A program made the translations under genes and the position numbers. Below the pieces are notes generated by a model that had not been told where the DNA came from, made no database searches, and was given only the letters and a program-made list of their open reading frames with translations. DNA of 62,382 bases, counting the filler. It is 13 parts of 13 records of this genome, joined end to end, with 100 filler letters (N's around TTAATTAATTAA, not from the genome) between each part and the next. Parts side by side here need not be neighbours in the genome. Positions count along the whole stretch, not along the records: positions 5,652 to 11,958 come from SRR7504441_18381; positions 12,059 to 16,496 come from SRR7504441_18390; positions 16,597 to 20,377 come from SRR7504441_18397; positions 20,478 to 24,714 come from SRR7504441_18400; 9 more parts are not named here. The stretch is one strand, 5' to 3'. Below are positions 9,478 through 20,830 of the stretch, piece after piece (the stretch's first letter is position 1; each line of letters begins with the position of its first letter).

Positions 9478-11958
9478 TCACCACTTCCGCGACCTCCCGC
9501 CCGCTGACGGGAGCTGCACGGAAATGACCTGGCCCGGGACAGCTGTCACTGGAGCGCGAAACTTGCAGTACCACGGGTACAGCGGCACTGCGAACGCCAC
9601 GAGCATACCTGGCACAACGCTAGCACCGAGCTTGACCCGGATTTGGCCGTGTGCAAGATTGGGGTGGGTCTGGAGGTGAAGCCGATAGTTCTCCAGGGAC
9701 ATGCCGAGCTTGGTCGCCGCCACCAGCTCTGCCTCTGCATCAGCCTCCGCCGCGTGCCTCTCCAACTTGCTCGGCTCTCCGCCCGTGCACGGTTGCAGAT
9801 CCACGGGCGGGTCCAGCCCGGGATCCGGGCGGCACTTAGTGGCGGCGCGCTGTTCCAGTTCCATCATTATCCTACTCTGATCCATATGATCAATCACGCC
9901 AATCGATTGCAGCTCAGTTCGTGTCATGCCAGTTTCGCACGTCCTATCTTCTAAAAGGTAGGCAATGTCGTCATATCCGGCGGCTTCAAACACATCCACG
10001 AGGTGGCCCAAACCAAGTTCAAGCAGGAAGCTATCGACCGTCTCGTGAAATGTGAGTGTCACCGGGCGTGGCAGCGACTGCAGCAGCGTTGCGATCTGCG
10101 TGCCGGTGTGTTTGCCGGTTTGAACGGCATCCACTGAAACACAAACCATCCCACGCTTCACACCAGCAGCCATCGCCGCCTGCGATACATCGGCTACACG
10201 GGTGCGCTGCCCTGGTGTCAAGCTGCAGCCCAGCATTGCGCCCGCCAACGTGATTTCTGCCACCTTGACCGCCGGATTGGCACCCACGACGAATTGCGAG
10301 CAGCTGAGCTTGCGCCGCTTTGCCTCGACCTCTATCGGTGACACCGGCTCTTGCCTCTTGACTGGCGTTCGATGAGCATCGAGGGCAGAACAAGCTTGCG
10401 AGTGGCAGGAGATGCTGCTCGGAGTGGCTCTGATCGAGCGGCAGGCCTGGCTTGCTTCGGTCTGGGAATCGTCTGCCGGCTGTGACATGGTCGCACCCAC
10501 TGAAAGTAACTCATCAAGGGTTGCGTACAATTCTGAATCTTGCTCGCTAACAGGCAACATCTCCAATCCTGGACACAAAGCCTCCTCGCTGTCCATCCGC
10601 AGCGGCTCTACTCCTGGTGGCGATTCATTGTCAGCGATGGTTTGCGTCCTCTGTGACAGCTGAGCCCGAGCGCTCTCCACGCCCTCGGCCTCTCTGGCCA
10701 TCTGGGCGCTCAGGCGCTTGGCGGCTTTGTTAGCCAGGGCGGGCGTTTGGCATTTGGAAAGGCTGAACTTGTCAGAATACAGCACCACGTAGCTAGTGTG
10801 AGCCCAGCGCGCTTCCAGCCACTGGAGCTTGAGCCCAAACTTGACACAGATTCGGGTCACTTGACCCGCGCACGGCATCACTTGCCAGGTGTGTTCCACC
10901 ACGCGGGCGGTCGCCCATTGGCCGTTGTTGTCTGCTGCCACCAACTTGGCTCCCACAGGCAACTTGCTGGCCTCGGCAGCGCTATAGAAGGTCTGAGCCG
11001 TCAGAGCGGCCGTGCTATTATCCGAATCAAGCTCCTCGGTCGGTGGAGGAGCCTCTTCAGACAATCGAGAGTCTTTAGGAATGAGCACAGATGTTCCTTT
11101 TTGCAATCTAGCCGAGTCCGTCAGCCCCCGATACCGAGGCTTGTTCAGGGCGAGCAGCTTGAATATCGCCACACCAGCCTGTTCAGCAATCAATTGCATC
11201 GTATCGTTGTCGTTTGCCAAGTATTCTTCGCAGGATGATGATGATGATGCATCGTCTTCTAGTTCAGAACTCTGCAACCAGGCCCGCATCTGCTCGTACA
11301 TATCTGCTTGAGACTTGCACTCGCCCATCATCCAGCTAGAGAGCGCTTTTGGCGATGTCAGCCCAGCCGCCGAGGCCACAAACTTCGGCGTGAGACCTAG
11401 CTCCCCCACGACAAGCTTGACTCGCTCAATCAACTCCTGATCGTGTTCCTCTTGCTTGCACTCAGCGTACACCTCCCAGCCTGGGTGCTGACTCAAGTAT
11501 TCTTCCAGGTTTCTCCTGAACGGAGCCGAGTTGCCTGCCAACCAGTCACCTCGGCCGCGATGCCTGCACCTGATATCTTGCGCTTCTCGATCGGGTTCCA
11601 GATCGTGACACGTTGTTCGCCGACCGGCTCAGGCTCTTGCTCGCCACCGAGGAGGCTCAGCGGCTCGGGCGACAGCGGCTCTACCCCAGGTGCCTCGAGC
11701 AGAGGAGCTAGGATGCCCTTGGTACGAATCACCCGACACCGACAGCTACGCGCTCGTGTGTGCCGCAGCGTTGCTATCTGGGGAGAGACTTCGGCCGCTG
11801 GCCGCTCACTGGGCGCTATGGAGCGCGGGGCCCTGGCCAGATGCGTCGACGGCCTTGGCACCGGCTGCGGGCTGATCGTCATCGCCGGGGCTCGTTGCCT
11901 TTGGGTGTTTTGCTGAGCACTCTGCGTCGTCCTGTGCTTTGCCACCAGCTCAAAGTCA
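9478..11958 (-). CDS. Multidomain protein: BRK - HTH-like - LysM-like - Tudor-like - PDZ - SAM (5' end uncertain)
   Basis: Intron 11535-11569 joins RVTIWNPIEKRKISG to NSAPFRRNLEEYLSQHPGWEVY (BRK). Then YLANDNDTMQLIA...LLALN...LQKGTSVLIP (LysM-like), AAMAAGVKRGM...LPRPVTLTF (PDZ) and FLLELGLGHLVDVFEAAGYD...ELQSIGV (SAM). Confidence 0.75.
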
Positions 11959-12058
11959 NNNNNNNNNNNNNNNNNNNNNNNNNNNNNNNNNNNNNNNNNN
12001 NNTTAATTAATTAANNNNNNNNNNNNNNNNNNNNNNNNNNNNNNNNNNNNNNNNNNNN

Positions 12059-12500
12059 CGACGAGCCCGTGCCGGTGGACGGGCAGGACGGGATCGACTT
12101 CGAGGAGTACGCAAACTGGGAGCTCGTGGAGACCTGGGACGGCTGCGGCACCGATCTGGACATCGACTGCGAGGTGCCCGAGGAGGAGCGCGACCGGTTG
12201 TACGAGAAGTTTGAAGAGGACGGCCAGTGGTTCCTGGAGGAGGAGGGTTGGGAGTCGCTGGGCTGCACCACCGTCATCCACGGCGAGATCGACGTGCAGA
12301 AGGAGTCCACCGATGAGACTGGGACAGCCGGGGCTGGAGGGGCAGGGGTTGATTCGCCGGCCGACGAGCCGATCGAGCGAGGCGAGATGGAGGAGATTTT
12401 CAAGGAAGCGTACGGAGCGGATGGATTGCTCGAGGCGCGACAGGCGTTTGACAAGGAGTTCTGCGGTAACGCCGGCGAGGCGTCTGAGGAAGAGACTTAA
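12059..12500 (+). CDS. Highly acidic hypothetical protein, 5' partial
   Basis: Open from the contig edge to TAA at 12498-12500, with GC3-rich codons; WELVETWDGC...FEEDG..FLEEEGWE...IHGEI. Confidence 0.7.
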
Positions 12501-12700
12501 TAGCCAGGGCGCCACAGAAGACATCCACAGATACAATTGAGATATAGACACAGATGAGACAAGACGTACGAGTAGGCATACTCGTCACGTACTTGAGTCA
12601 TAGAGCACAATGATACGAGTACTTAGCACTTGATATTACTTGATATTAGAGAATCATAGTCATAGGCATGCGCTCTACACGGATACATGAAATGTATAGA

Positions 12701-15235
12701 TCATAATAATACACAATTCTCCCTACACGCCACACAACCTCGAGCGGGCTGGGACACATTCCTCGAACTCACACCAACAGCCCGGAGCGTGGTCTTCTTC
12801 TCCAACTGCCACTTCTTGAGAGCCTCCTTGGCAGATAGTTCGGTCATGTCGATCTCGGACTCCTGTCATTCCACCAAAGTCAGTGCAACACCCAAGCAGC
12901 GCAAGCCACCTCGACCCAACATGACTGGAGTGCATCAAACCGCTTCTCCCTCTCCACCAGCTTGTCTCTGAATCGAACCTTGTACATCCTGTTCAGCGCG
13001 CCACGCGCCGATCGGTCTGGCGACTGAGAGGACGCCCCGATCGCCGACCTCGCCGACCGCGCTTGTGACATGTAGATATCAACTCGGTCACAGCCTCTTA
13101 CTGACCGCATCGCTTCACTCTCGCACTCGTCTTCAACGCACTCTAGCCAGGGGGTCTGCAAGCCCAGCTCAGTTGGAGCACGCACCGAGCAAGTACCTCA
13201 AGGCACATCATGTGCAAGAGCTGAGGCTCGGACCACAGCACTGTTTCAAACCGCTCGAACGAGACCATCAACTCCTGGTGGGCGCTCGGAGGGGAGTCCG
13301 GGTAGCACACCAGCGCCAGCTTGGTCAGCACGTTCTGAAAGCACGCCTCTTTGGCCTGAACACTGTCCGGACTCATGCTGAGCAGCGCTCTGAGCAGCTG
13401 CTGGACTGCTTCGGACGGCAGCTTGGCCTGCTGAGCGATTCTGTGACGAGTGCGGTGGTCGCTCTTGCGCCACTTGTTCAGCTGATCACCCGAACCGCCG
13501 ACTTGTCCGAACGGGTCCAGAAAGAAAGCAAAGCACAGCCAGCACTGCAGCCGAGTACAATCACGCAAGTGGGGAGCAGACCGACCTTGTCGCGGATAGG
13601 CATTGCACACAGGAGTGCCAGCGCCGTGCACAGGTGACTGCTCCATTCTTGCAGGTGCATGCTGCTCATTCCGCAAAGCCCGCCCGAACCTGCAGAGCCA
13701 GTCAGCTCGCCCTGACTATCTTAAACGGACGCACAGTAATTGAACTTGTCCCAGAATGAATCCGACACACTCGTGGCCGGCACCTTACCCTGCGAGTGCA
13801 TCCTGGCTTGCTCGGCCATATAACGGTAGAACATCCGCCGCCGGTCGCCTGCCCGGGTCTCAGCGAGGCCTTTGGCCACCATTCTACCGGATTCGGCGGC
13901 ACTCTTCTGCGGCAGACACTGGTGCATTTTCTCTAGCACGGAAACGGGCAGCCTGATCAGCCCAGCGCAAAGACTCAGATGCCGGTGCACGAGCACACTA
14001 TGCGCAGTGAGCGCCCGTTCGGCGGGCTCGATCGGGTTTGGGGTCGGCACCGCGCTCTCCTGGCTGATTAGATGACTCTCAAAGCTGGTTCCAAAGCTCT
14101 GGCTCGAAGCATTGGCCAGCCCCGTGCACAGCGCCCGGTAGACGCCCGCGGCCGGGCTTGCCCACCAGGAGGCCTGCTTCAAGTAGCTCTGCGGTCGGGC
14201 CCCGTCTGTCTGTAGCTGGCGGGACCGGCTGACAGCACTGAGTAGCTCGCCTCTGCAGGTTTCGAGCAAAGCGAGCACGCACGCCCGCTGACTCGACTGC
14301 CGGGCCTGGGCCTGCGGGTGGACTACGATCGAGTAGTGGTCAACTAGGAGCGCATGCCAGAGCGCGCAGGTGACGTCCAGCGGGACTTTGGTCACGGTGG
14401 CCGAAGAGAGCAGCTGAGGCAGCAGAAGCTGCAGCGCCAGCTCGACTGGCTCCCTCTGCCGCGGTTGATCAGCATCGACCAGCTCGTCATCCGCAAGCAT
14501 CCGGCGGGCGGCCTCAATAAGAGGCTCGCTCGCCGCGATGAAATCGTTGGCAGCGCTCATGCTAGGATACGGCGGCTGCCCCGCGCAGAACACTTGCTCA
14601 ACTAGCGTGCACAGTACACGGAACGCCGCCGCGTCGGCCTCCGGAAGCAGCTTGAGCAGCAACGTGCCAATCAGCTCCAGCCCGCGGTAGTACCCAACCG
14701 CCGCCTCAGTCTCCCGGCTGCGTAGCACGTAGCACCCGAGCAGCGTCCGCAGCCGGCCGACCAACTCGGTACTCCTCTCAGAGGCGAGCACATCCAGGTC
14801 CTTGAGCGACACGGCCATCTGCTCTAGGTCGAGCTCGATCTCCTCCAGCTCCTGGCTCGGCCCGCCGCTGGCTTCCCGCTGGTACCGCGCCCGGAGCTGC
14901 TGATAGTAGCCTATCCAGGCAGGATCTAGCCCCGAAGCCCACTGCCGGGCCATCCCACGGTAACGGATCAGCCGCCCGACCGGGTCATCGGGGCTGGCCG
15001 GTGGATCCCCGGTGGAGCTCACCGGGTCTGACCGGGTGGTCGTGGTGCCGGCCCAGCTGGCCTCGGTGGGTGCCGGGCCGGGCCGGGCGGCCGGTGGGGG
15101 GCTGCTCTCCCCCAGCGTGAGCGGGCTGCTGAACGCGCTCGAGTCCGGCTCGGCCCCGGCGCTCTTCTGGCGGCTCTCGAGCGACATGTTCTCGTCGCGG
15201 AGCCGGAGCGCGTGGAATGGCGTAGGAGTCGCCAT
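12701..15235 (-). CDS. TBC/Rab-GAP-like protein with EF-hand-like and chromo-like regions and C-terminal CAAX
   Basis: TBC motifs IELDLEQ, LRTLLGCY, VGYYRGL, AFRVLCTLVE. Four GT-AG introns (~13690-13734, ~13546-13586, ~13156-13196, ~12863-12909) extend the frame to ...RGCVACRENCVLL*. Confidence 0.75.
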
Positions 15236-15337
15236 TGCTGGCTCTCAGGCTCTGGCCGGGCAGGCTGGGTGGCGATTTTAAACGGAAAAATCACTTCATC
15301 ACCAGGGCTGCAGGAGTGGGCCCAGGGGGTGAGCTAC

Positions 15338-16273
15338 ATGGAGCCTGAGAGCGATGCGCTGTCGGCGTTCTACGGGCAGGCCCCGCTCAACGTGGCGGCG
15401 GCCACCGGCCAGGCCGACGCGGTGAGCCAGATGCTCAAGGAGGGCGCCGAGTACCCCGCCGACCGATTCGGCCGCTCCCCGCTGCACCTGGCGGCTCTCA
15501 ACGGCCACGCGGCGGTCATCCGGATCCTGGCGGAATGGGGGGCCCCGCTGGAGCAGCCGGACCTGGGCGGGACCACCCCGGTCCAATACGCGGTGATGAG
15601 CAGTCATGAGGCGGCTTTGGAGGCTCTGATCGACAGCAAGTCGGATGTGAACCGTTGCAACAACGTGGGGCGGAGCGCCCTGCACTGTGCCGCGATGAAG
15701 TCGCACAGTGGGGTGATAATCAAGCTGATCGGCGCCCAGGCCGAGGTCAACCTGTCCGACGCCGACGGCAGCAGCGCGCTGCATCTGGCTGCGCACAATA
15801 GCGCGCACGGGCTGGTAGAGCTCCTGATAGAGGCAGGGGCGGAATCAGCCTGCTCGGACAACGATGGGCTCACTCCGATGCACCAGGCGGCGCTGGCGGC
15901 CAACGACGACGGGATGGGAGCGCTGCAAGTGCTGATCGGGGCAGGGGCGCCCATATCACAGGCAGATAAGTTTGGGCGCACGCCGCTCCATTTGGCGTCC
16001 GGGCTGGACAATGAGGAGGTGGTCGCCTGCTTATTGGCGCACGGGGCGAGCGCTAATGTGCTGGACGACATCAACGGATGGACACCGCTCCACTGGGCTG
16101 CGGATAAGGGCTACTATCGGATTGCGAAGGTTCTAGTTGAGGCCGGGTGCGAGATCGGATTGGAGGACAAGTTCGGGCACACGGCGCTAGCTATCGCCAC
16201 CCACGACGGGCACGAGCAGCTGATTCGGCACCTGACCGCTGAGATTGCGCGCAGCCCCCCCGAAATTGTATGA
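15338..16273 (+). CDS. Ankyrin repeat protein (~9 repeats), intronless
   Basis: Repeated G[RT]xPLHxAAxxG...D motifs. ATG at 15338 fits the divergent arrangement with the TBC gene. Confidence 0.93.
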   Translation: MEPESDALSAFYGQAPLNVAAATGQADAVSQMLKEGAEYPADRFGRSPLHLAALNGHAAVIRILAEWGAPLEQPDLGGTTPVQYAVMSSHEAALEALIDSKSDVNRCNNVGRSALHCAAMKSHSGVIIKLIGAQAEVNLSDADGSSALHLAAHNSAHGLVELLIEAGAESACSDNDGLTPMHQAALAANDDGMGALQVLIGAGAPISQADKFGRTPLHLASGLDNEEVVACLLAHGASANVLDDINGWTPLHWAADKGYYRIAKVLVEAGCEIGLEDKFGHTALAIATHDGHEQLIRHLTAEIARSPPEIV

Positions 16274-16596
16274 CTGATTAAACAAAAATAATAAGTGTAC
16301 ACTTGGATTCGAGTTGTGACTCGTGAATTGTCAATTCGTTCATTCTTCAGTTATCTTCAGTGAAGCGACGCTGAAGCGACGCTGCGACACGAGCACATGT
16401 GCTGATGTGCATGAGTGAAGCTCGTGAAGCTTTGCACGGATCCCTTGCGCTGTTCCGCGCCTTGACTTGATTCATAATAAATGGATTGATGTTGGANNNN
16501 NNNNNNNNNNNNNNNNNNNNNNNNNNNNNNNNNNNNNNNNTTAATTAATTAANNNNNNNNNNNNNNNNNNNNNNNNNNNNNNNNNNNNNNNNNNNN

Positions 16597-16848
16597 GGGG
16601 GGGGGGGGGCACTCGGACTGCCCCCATTGACGGCGGCTCGAGGATCAGGTTGTGCACGGTGCCGGAGACGAGCACAAAGTAGGCTAGAAACGCCAGCGCG
16701 GCCCAGGTCATCGGGCCTGCCCCCCGGCGGCTCGGCCGGCCGCGGGGGGGCGGCGCCAACCGGGCAGGTACAGCCGGGGCTGGCGGAGCTTCAGTCTCGG
16801 CGGGCGCAGCATCCCGACCGCCCAGGGCGCCTCAAACAGCGCGGCCAT
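16597..16848 (-). CDS. OSTC: Oligosaccharyltransferase subunit OSTC/DC2, 3' partial
   Basis: With intron 16717-16760 removed it reads MAALFEAPWAVGMLRPPRLKLRQPRLYLPGPMTWAALAFLAYFVLVSGTVHNLILEPPSMG, matching the DC2 pattern (P.LKL..P...P..MT...SYF....G...D.I.EPPS.G). Confidence 0.85.
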
Positions 16849-16944
16849 CCCCAGGCAGGGCACAAAAGCTTGCTGCCGTTGCTCGCCAACGGCGCGAAGC
16901 ACCCAACCTCGTCGCGCCACGCACAGCTTCGCGCACTCGTAGCG

Positions 16945-18284
16945 ATGCAGGATTTGGCGGTGCAGTACCTAATCGTGAGTGGGCGTAGCAGCGGCGGCGT
17001 GACCAGCTGCAGGCCCTGCTCGGGCTCGCGATCTCGACTATGTTCGGCTGGAGCTACTGCTGGAGGCTTCCCTCGCTCATCTCCGACGGATCGATCTTCG
17101 CTCTGAAGCTGCTCAACCCGGGGTGCCGCCCCCCGGGGCCAGCCCGGCTCACCCGGCCGGCAGATGGCTCCCCCGTGTGATGCTTGTAATCCCCGGCTAT
17201 TTCACGCTCACCCTGCGCGGCGCGCTTCGGTTCTGGGTGCGGCACGGCTTCAAGATCCTCTTCATCGCGGTCACCGTCTCGTTCGTGTGGGCCACCGTGG
17301 GGTACGCCGCGCGCGACAACCCATTCGCGGTGGTCGGCGTCTCTGCCTCGGCTACCCCCCGCGAGATCAGGAAGGCTTGCCGCAAGCAGTCGCTCGAGTT
17401 GTGAGACCGCGCTCGCCGGGCCTGGCTGAGTCCGGGGCAGCCACCCGGACAAGCACCCTGGGCGCGAGGAGGAGGTCCGCCCGCAGTTCGAACGCGTGGC
17501 GCGAGCTTGCAAGACGTGAGCCCGCGCTGTCGATCCTCCGCTCACAGGCTGCTGGGCCACAGGCTCACGGATCCAAAGAAGCGAGCTAAGTTCGAACGGT
17601 TCGGCGTGATAGAGACAGAAGAAGCGGTGCTGGCCGGTCCGGTGCCGGCTGCTCACTCCGGCTGCTGCTGTTGTGCAGTCGACAGACGAGCTGAACCCTA
17701 CGATGTCTCTGTCTGCCGTGACTTCGCAGCTCGGGTGGCTCACAACAGTCAACTTCTATTTGCTCATCTTCCTCGCGCTCCCTGTTAGCGCCTTCTACCA
17801 TCTGGGCCACATGATCCGTTCCTCCGAGGACCAGATCAGCACCGCCGCTTCGGTGGTTAACTCCCTCCACTCGGTCAGTCGGGCAACTGTTCGGCCTGCT
17901 GAGAGGCCTCCAGGACATGACCTCGCTGTATGCGTATGGCCACTTTGGCAGCGCCACGCTCGACTGCGCTGAGCTCTATCTCCGGCTGGCGCTCTGGGAG
18001 ATGGACGAGGTGTGACAGCCGAGCGATTGGCTCTCAGCTCTGTGACGCAGCAACGGAGACTTATCAAAGCGGCCTCGAGCTCTGCCTCTGTCAAGGGACT
18101 CGGGATCTTCGACTCGCTGTGCAACAAGCACCAGGACCGGCTCCAGCTCTGGCTGGTATGTCTCTCCCCACCAACTGAGCCTGGCTGGCTGCCTGCAACC
18201 CGGGGTTGTTTTCGGCCTGATGCAGCCAGAAAATATTTTTCTGGGCTTCTGTTGCGCATGCCGTTAAACGCCTCGGAAAAGTAA
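16945..18284 (+). CDS. Multi-pass membrane J-domain protein (Sec63/ERdj-like); 3' end uncertain
   Basis: TM segments, then NPFAVVGVSASATPREIRKACRKQSLEF|HPDK...FERVARACKT|LTDPKKRAKFERFG, then another TM; at least 7 tiny GT-AG introns. Confidence 0.75.
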
Positions 18285-18931
18285 TCCTGTCTCAGTGCCG
18301 CTGCCTTGCATTCTCGCATTACTTGTAATGCTAAAGAATCGTGAAGGCTCAAGCAGTGCTGGATGCAGTCACAGTGCATTTTGATTGAAAATGACTCAAA
18401 TCGATGCTGGTTGCTGGCTGTCTGAGGTCGAGGTGCGCAGGAAAACGACAAGAAGGCCGACAAAGTGGCATCGACAAATAAGAACCTGGAGACCCTAGGC
18501 AACTGCTGTGCCTTTAGAGTGAGCCTCACTGTGGCTACCGTTAGGCAAATCGATCCCAACCATCTCATCCAACTGAGGTGCCCAGCCACAAGTTGGAGCT
18601 CAAGAGCAACCGAATGGCAACCTGCGACATGAGTACCGACACGAGTACAACACACAAGAACGTGTATTCTGCACTAGAATGCATTGATTTCCTTAATTTT
18701 TGCATCCGCGCAACTACTGCGCAACAATCGCGTAGTATAAATTTGACTTCATGAAAGTAAAATTTGAACTCGCGAACTTTGATTGCAAGATTCTGAGGAT
18801 TCTGTAGTTTCCACGGCCACATAATTGTGTACTAGAAATCATGCCCTCCCCATGGTCGATATATGGTCGATAATCGATGAGGACTTCACTGGCGTAAGCG
18901 TAACGGCACAACCCGCGGAGTGACTGGACCG

Positions 18932-19546
18932 ATGGGCTGTTGTGTGGGTGTGGATGGCGACGTGGACTCGGCGCTGGACGAGTGGCTGGACAAGGAGACG
19001 GCCACCGTCCACACGCCACACCTGGGCGAGGCGGCGAGCAAGCAGGTGGGCTTCAGCCCCGAGATCGAGCAGCTGTACGCGCTGGCGGCACGGGCCGCGC
19101 TGGGCGCATTCAGGAAGGAGCTGCGGGCGTCGTGCGGGCGGCACGTGAGCGATAAGCAATACAAGCAGCAGGTGGCGTTTGACGTGAATCTGACACAGGA
19201 CGAGTCCGAAATCGCCTCAGCGAATCATAGAGCCGACCTGAATTGGCGGCTGAGCAGAATAGAGGAGATCGCGCTAGTGAAGCAGCAGGGACGGGAGCGG
19301 GGGAGTGGCGGGTGCTGCTGCCTGCGCTGCTGGGCGGGCTCGCTAGACTATGTGTGGATATGCTGCGAGTTCCAGGATGCGGAGGATACTGAGATGGAGC
19401 GGAGGAAATATATGGTGTGCAGGAGTCAGCGTGGATTGCAGGTGCTGAGGAGGCTCAGATCGAATCAAGTGCCGAAGTATATTACTTCGCATGGCATGTA
19501 TCTATTCTTGGCACACAACGCCACCCCCTTCAAGTACTTGAATTAA
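18932..19546 (+). CDS. Hypothetical protein with N-terminal MGCC dual-acylation signal
   Basis: Intronless GC3-rich ORF starting MGCCVG, with an internal CCCLRC cluster. Confidence 0.65.
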   Translation: MGCCVGVDGDVDSALDEWLDKETATVHTPHLGEAASKQVGFSPEIEQLYALAARAALGAFRKELRASCGRHVSDKQYKQQVAFDVNLTQDESEIASANHRADLNWRLSRIEEIALVKQQGRERGSGGCCCLRCWAGSLDYVWICCEFQDAEDTEMERRKYMVCRSQRGLQVLRRLRSNQVPKYITSHGMYLFLAHNATPFKYLN

Positions 19547-19906
19547 TTAATACTCGTATGAGTAAAGTTGATGGCTGTTGATCTAAGGTCCGAATGACCG
19601 AATCATTGATGCCGTCGTGCATTGCTACTGCATTGCTATCATGATTGAACTTAGATTGAGATATTATACTACTTTGAGTGTGGTTATAAGTTTTAATCAT
19701 AGACTCCGATAGAGGCATGTAAGCTCATTCAGGCGAATTACGGTAAAGGCGAACTAGATGTCAACCGAAGAGTCCATGGACGAATCGAGTACGGGATTAA
19801 CCATTACCACTTTCTTACGGCTCACTTTGATAGTTTGCTTGACCTGCACGCAACGATCAATGAGTTCAGTTCAAGTTCAGTTCAAGTAATTAGTTGAGTT
19901 CATGCT

Positions 19907-20377
19907 TCACAAGGGAGGAAACGGTGCCTGCGTGTTGATGGGGGACAGGGCTTGGCTCTTATCGGGCTCTGCTTGGCTTGGTGTTGCCGGTGCAGCGTCA
20001 GATGATTCTCTGCAGCTTCTCAGATCAGCTAGAAGCACTGCAAGTTGAGGTCGGTCTATCTCGTTATCTTCAGCTTTACACTCGGCGAGAATCTGGAAGC
20101 ACATGATCTCATCACCTCTGCGCTCTTAGCCACCTCATACCGCTTAGCTTCGAGCGCCGCTGCCGTGCGCGCAGCCCGCAGTTGCTCCTGCTCCTCTGCC
20201 TCTGCCTCAGCTTGGGCGAGCTGTTCCTCGAGTGCAGCCTTGGCTGCCTCCTCCGCCGCTTTACACTCCGCCGCGCGTTGCCTGGCTACCTCTGCCTCCG
20301 CTGCTGCTGCGGCCGCAGCTTCTTCCTGCCTGGCTGCCTCCTCCGCAGCTGCTCGTTGCCTGGCTGCCTCCTCCGCA
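19907..20377 (-). CDS. 3' fragment of an Ala/Glu-rich coiled-coil protein
   Basis: AEEAARQ repeats, then one probable intron (~20093-20133) to ILAECKAEDNEIDR...PFPPL*. Confidence 0.6.
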
Positions 20378-20830
20378 NNNNNNNNNNNNNNNNNNNNNNN
20401 NNNNNNNNNNNNNNNNNNNNNTTAATTAATTAANNNNNNNNNNNNNNNNNNNNNNNNNNNNNNNNNNNNNNNNNNNNTTAGCCTTTAGAAGCGCTACTTA
20501 TGCTCAACACTGGCAACTAATAAATAACAAGTAATTACTTGGACACCCCAAAGTAGTCCGCATGCAAATGCCGTGAGCAATGCCCAACGAGCTAGGCTGG
20601 GCTGGTCCACGACCTCAAGGTGCCACGCCTTGTGGCGAGCAAGATGCCACTCCACTGACTCCAGTGACTTTATCAAAGCGAACAGGGGGGCGAAGAAGCC
20701 CACCGGCTGAGAAAACGAAGACGCACACCGGCTGAGAAAGCCAACAAGTGCACCTGCAGCCACCCTAAGATTCAGGCCGCGTTCCCTAGAGAGTGGGCAG
20801 TCGCCACTACTGCTGTCACTACCACTACCA

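Noticed and set aside
16597-16609. Poly-G runs at contig ends (also 5544-5551) as G-quadruplex or telomeric elements
   Set aside because: They lie within G/C-rich tiny introns where short-read assembly breaks.
17795-18655. 286-aa minus-strand ORF and the many other overlapping ORFs
   Set aside because: No motifs; antisense or alternative-frame shadows expected in GC-rich DNA.
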